The position numbers and the translations under genes are program-made. The notes beneath the pieces are model-generated. The model was not told the origin of the DNA and searched no databases. It saw nothing but the letters and a program-made list of their open reading frames with translations. This document shows positions 61,206 through 64,000 of a stretch of DNA of 64,000 bases, in pieces. Every line of letters starts with the position of its first letter. The stretch's first letter is position 1. Source of the DNA: Octopus sinensis (lineage: Eukaryota); contig NC_043024.1 of assembly GCF_006345805.1 (NCBI RefSeq), positions 6,448,001-6,512,000 of the forward strand, given 5' to 3'.

Positions 61206-63154
61206 GATGTCTAGGTGTTTGTGTTTGTCCCTCACTACCACTTGACAACCGGTGTTGGTGTGTTTATATCCCTGTAACTTAGCGGTTCAGCAAAAGAGAC
61301 TTATAGAATAAATACTAGGCTTTAAAACAAAATAAGTCCTAGTAGATATTTTGTTTGACCAAAAACCCTTCAACGTGGTGCCCCAGCATGACCACAGTCA
61401 AACGACTGAAACAAGTAATAAGATTGGTGGAATCAGTTAAGAATTGGACAAAACAGATAAGGAACAATGAACAGTTTGGTACTGAAATTGATATCTCAAA
61501 GCTGAGAGGACTATGGTTAATCATCATCATCATCGTTATCATCGTTATCATCATTATCATCATCATCATCGTTATCATCATTATCATCATCATCATCGTT
61601 ATCATCATTATCATCATCATCATCATTTAACATCTGCTTTCCATGGGTTGAATGATCTAACTGATGACTGGGAAGCCAGGAGGCTGCACCAGGCTCCAAT
61701 CTGATCTGGCAATGTTTCTACAGCTGGATGCCCTTCCAAATGCCAACCACTCTGAGAGTGTAGTGGATGATTTGTACTTGCCACCAGCACAGGGGCCAGT
61801 CAGGTGGGCCTGGCATTGATTGCATTCGGATAGTGCTTTTTACATGCCACTGGCACGGGAACCAGTTAGGGGGCACTGGCATTGACCATGTTTAGATGGT
61901 GTTCTTTATGTGCCACAGGCATGGGAGCCAGTCAGGTGATACTGGCCACAGCTACAATTTTGGTTTTACTTGACTCAACAGGTCTTCTCAAGCATATAAT
62001 ATCACCTGACGCATCAAGGATACTTTTAAATGGGCCAGAGATGCAACACTGGCATCGGCCATGGCTGTGAGCTCACTTTAGTTGCCGGGTCTTCTCAAGC
62101 TCAGCATATCTCAAAAGGTCCCGGTCTCCTGTCATTGCCTCTGTGAGGCCCATCATTCAAAAGTTAATGGATTCACTAAATGACCAAGAGGTTTATGGGT
62201 TTGATTCCACAGTCTGGCTCATGGCACAAATGTTATCTGCTGTAGCCATCTCAAGCTGGTTGACCAATGCCTTGGGTGAGGAATTTGCAAGATGGAAACT
62301 GTACAGAAACTTGTTATTGTTTTAATGTCCACCATGCTTGAATGAGTATGATAGTATTCATTGAGGTAGATTTTGTATGACCAAAAGTCCTTCGTGTCAC
62401 CAATCTTCACATGTTTTCAAGTGTTTCCAAGGCCAGACATATTTTTCTGGAAGACTGGAGATGAAGGACACTGCTTGTATGATGGTGATGCTTGTTTACA
62501 ACTATACTCTTTTACTTTTTACTCTTTTACTTGTTTCAGTCATTTGACTGCGGCCATGCTGGAGCACCGCCTTAGTCGAGCAAATCGACCCCGGGACTTA
62601 TTCTTTGTGTAAGCCCAGTACTTTCTATCGTCTCTTTGCCGAACCGCTAAGTGACGGGGACGTAAACACACCAGCATCGGTTGTCAAGCGATGTTGGGGG
62701 GTGGGACAAACACAGACACACAAACACACACAATGAGAAAACAAGGAATCACCACTACTCCGGGTCCCTTGTCATTTCCTTGGTGAGGTTCAGTGTCTGA
62801 AGATCCTTCCTTACCACTTTGTCTCATGCCTTCTTCAGCTGACCCGTTCCACGGGTTCCCTCCACAATTAGAGCTTGGCACTTCTTTACACAGCTGTCCT
62901 CAACCATATGAGATGTGTGTGTGTGTGTGTGTGTGTGTGTGTCTTTGTGTCTGTGTTTGTCCCCCCCATCACTACTTGACAACAGGTGTTGGTGTGATTA
63001 CATCCCCGTAACTTAGCAGTTCAGCAAAAGATATCAATAGAGTAAGTAACAGGCTTAAGGGAAAAAAAAAAGGACTGGAGTCAATTTGTTGAACTAAAAT
63101 TCTTCAAGGTGGTGCTCCAGCATGGCCACAGTCAAATGGCACTTCTTTACACAG

Positions 63155-63552
63155 GTGCAGGAGTGGCTGTGGGGTAAGTAGCTTGCTTACAAACCACATG
63201 GTTCCGGGTTCAGTCCCACTGCGTGGCATCTTGGGCAAGTGTCTTCTGCTATAGCCCCGGGCCGACCAATGCCTTGTGAGTGGATTTGGTAGACGGAAAC
63301 TGAAAGAAGCCTGTCGTATATATGTATATATATATATGTATGTGTGTGTGCATGTTTGTCCCCCTAGCATTGCTTGACAACCAATGCTGGTGTGTTTACG
63401 TCCCCGTCACTTAGCAGTTCGGCAAAAGAGACCGATAGAATAAGTACTGGGCTTACAAAGAATAAGTCCCGGGGTCGATTTGCTCGACTAAAGGCGGTGC
63501 TCCAGCATGGCTGCAGTCAAATGACTGAAACAAGTAAAAGAGTAAAAGAGAG
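63155..63552 (+). mobile_element. tRNA-derived SINE family A (~390 bp), representative copy
   Basis: A-box-like TGGCTGTGGGG, B-box GGTTCAGTCCC, core CCTTGGGCAAGTGTC, internal (TA/TG)n and an (AGTAAAAG)n tail. Confidence 0.85.
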
Positions 63553-63732
63553 AGAGTTGTCCTCATCTATGTATTTAGACAGAATTGTCAAAGTAGGATT
63601 TGAACTCAGCAAGTCAGAGCAAATACCACAAGGCATTTCATCAGACATTCTAAGGATTCAGCCAAAAAGGAATTTCAGATGAGAATGGAATGGTGAACTT
63701 TGAAAATATGGACAGACATAAAAAGAACTTAC

Positions 63733-63806
63733 TTGCTTCAGCTCTGACTCCAACATTATCAGTGCGCTTGGCCGATGGAGATGTGAACGGCTTTGGTAAT
63801 TTGGCA
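63733..63806 (-). CDS. DLEC1: tentative DLEC1-like exon (AKLPKPFTSPSAKRTDNVGVRAEA)
   Basis: aag acceptor, gtaagt donor, 74 nt. Ends in phase 1 as the next exon requires, but I recognise no conserved motif. Confidence 0.55.
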
Positions 63807-63875
63807 CTTTAACGAGAACATAATTGATAGTTATGGTAAAGTTAAGTATTTGCACAATCCCGTATTATGTTTAAT

Positions 63876-63907
<32 letters not shown>

Positions 63908-64000
63908 CACCACAACACACACAACCACACACACACACCACACACACAACACACACAAACACACACACCCACAAAAACACACACACACACACACCCACAA

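Overview
AT-rich, repeat-dense eukaryotic genomic DNA. It is probably a coleoid cephalopod (Octopus-like); this is inferred from the SINE families and the density of (TA)n/(TAA)n/(GGT)n microsatellites. Two spliced genes face tail-to-tail. (1) The 3' part of ERCC5/XPG lies on + with 7 coding exons (935-12658), including a U12-type GT-AG intron at 8733-10012. (2) The 3' part of a DLEC1/CFAP81-like ciliary gene lies on - with 13 well-supported exons plus 1 tentative exon (63806 down to the stop at 14840). I rebuilt both by hand from splice sites, and all exon phases join in frame; most DLEC1 exons are missing from the ORF track. The introns carry tRNA-derived SINEs, RTE tails, Tc1/mariner fossils, TTAA-flanked MITEs, a Helitron-like element and several long foldback palindromes. 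A 6.7-kb (TAA)n array hosts a 5'-truncated R4/Dong-like RT-RLE retrotransposon, two copies of a ~550-bp non-coding element, and at its edge an older RLE fragment. The most notable signals are the TAA-targeted retroelement cluster, a dispersed set of minimal hammerhead-ribozyme-like motifs with palindromic stem III, a minisatellite built from repeated 5' splice sites, the minor intron, and long intronic hairpins that could be A-to-I editing substrates. Protein identifications come from recognised motifs and recalled homology, not from a database search. There are no prokaryotic features or CRISPR arrays.
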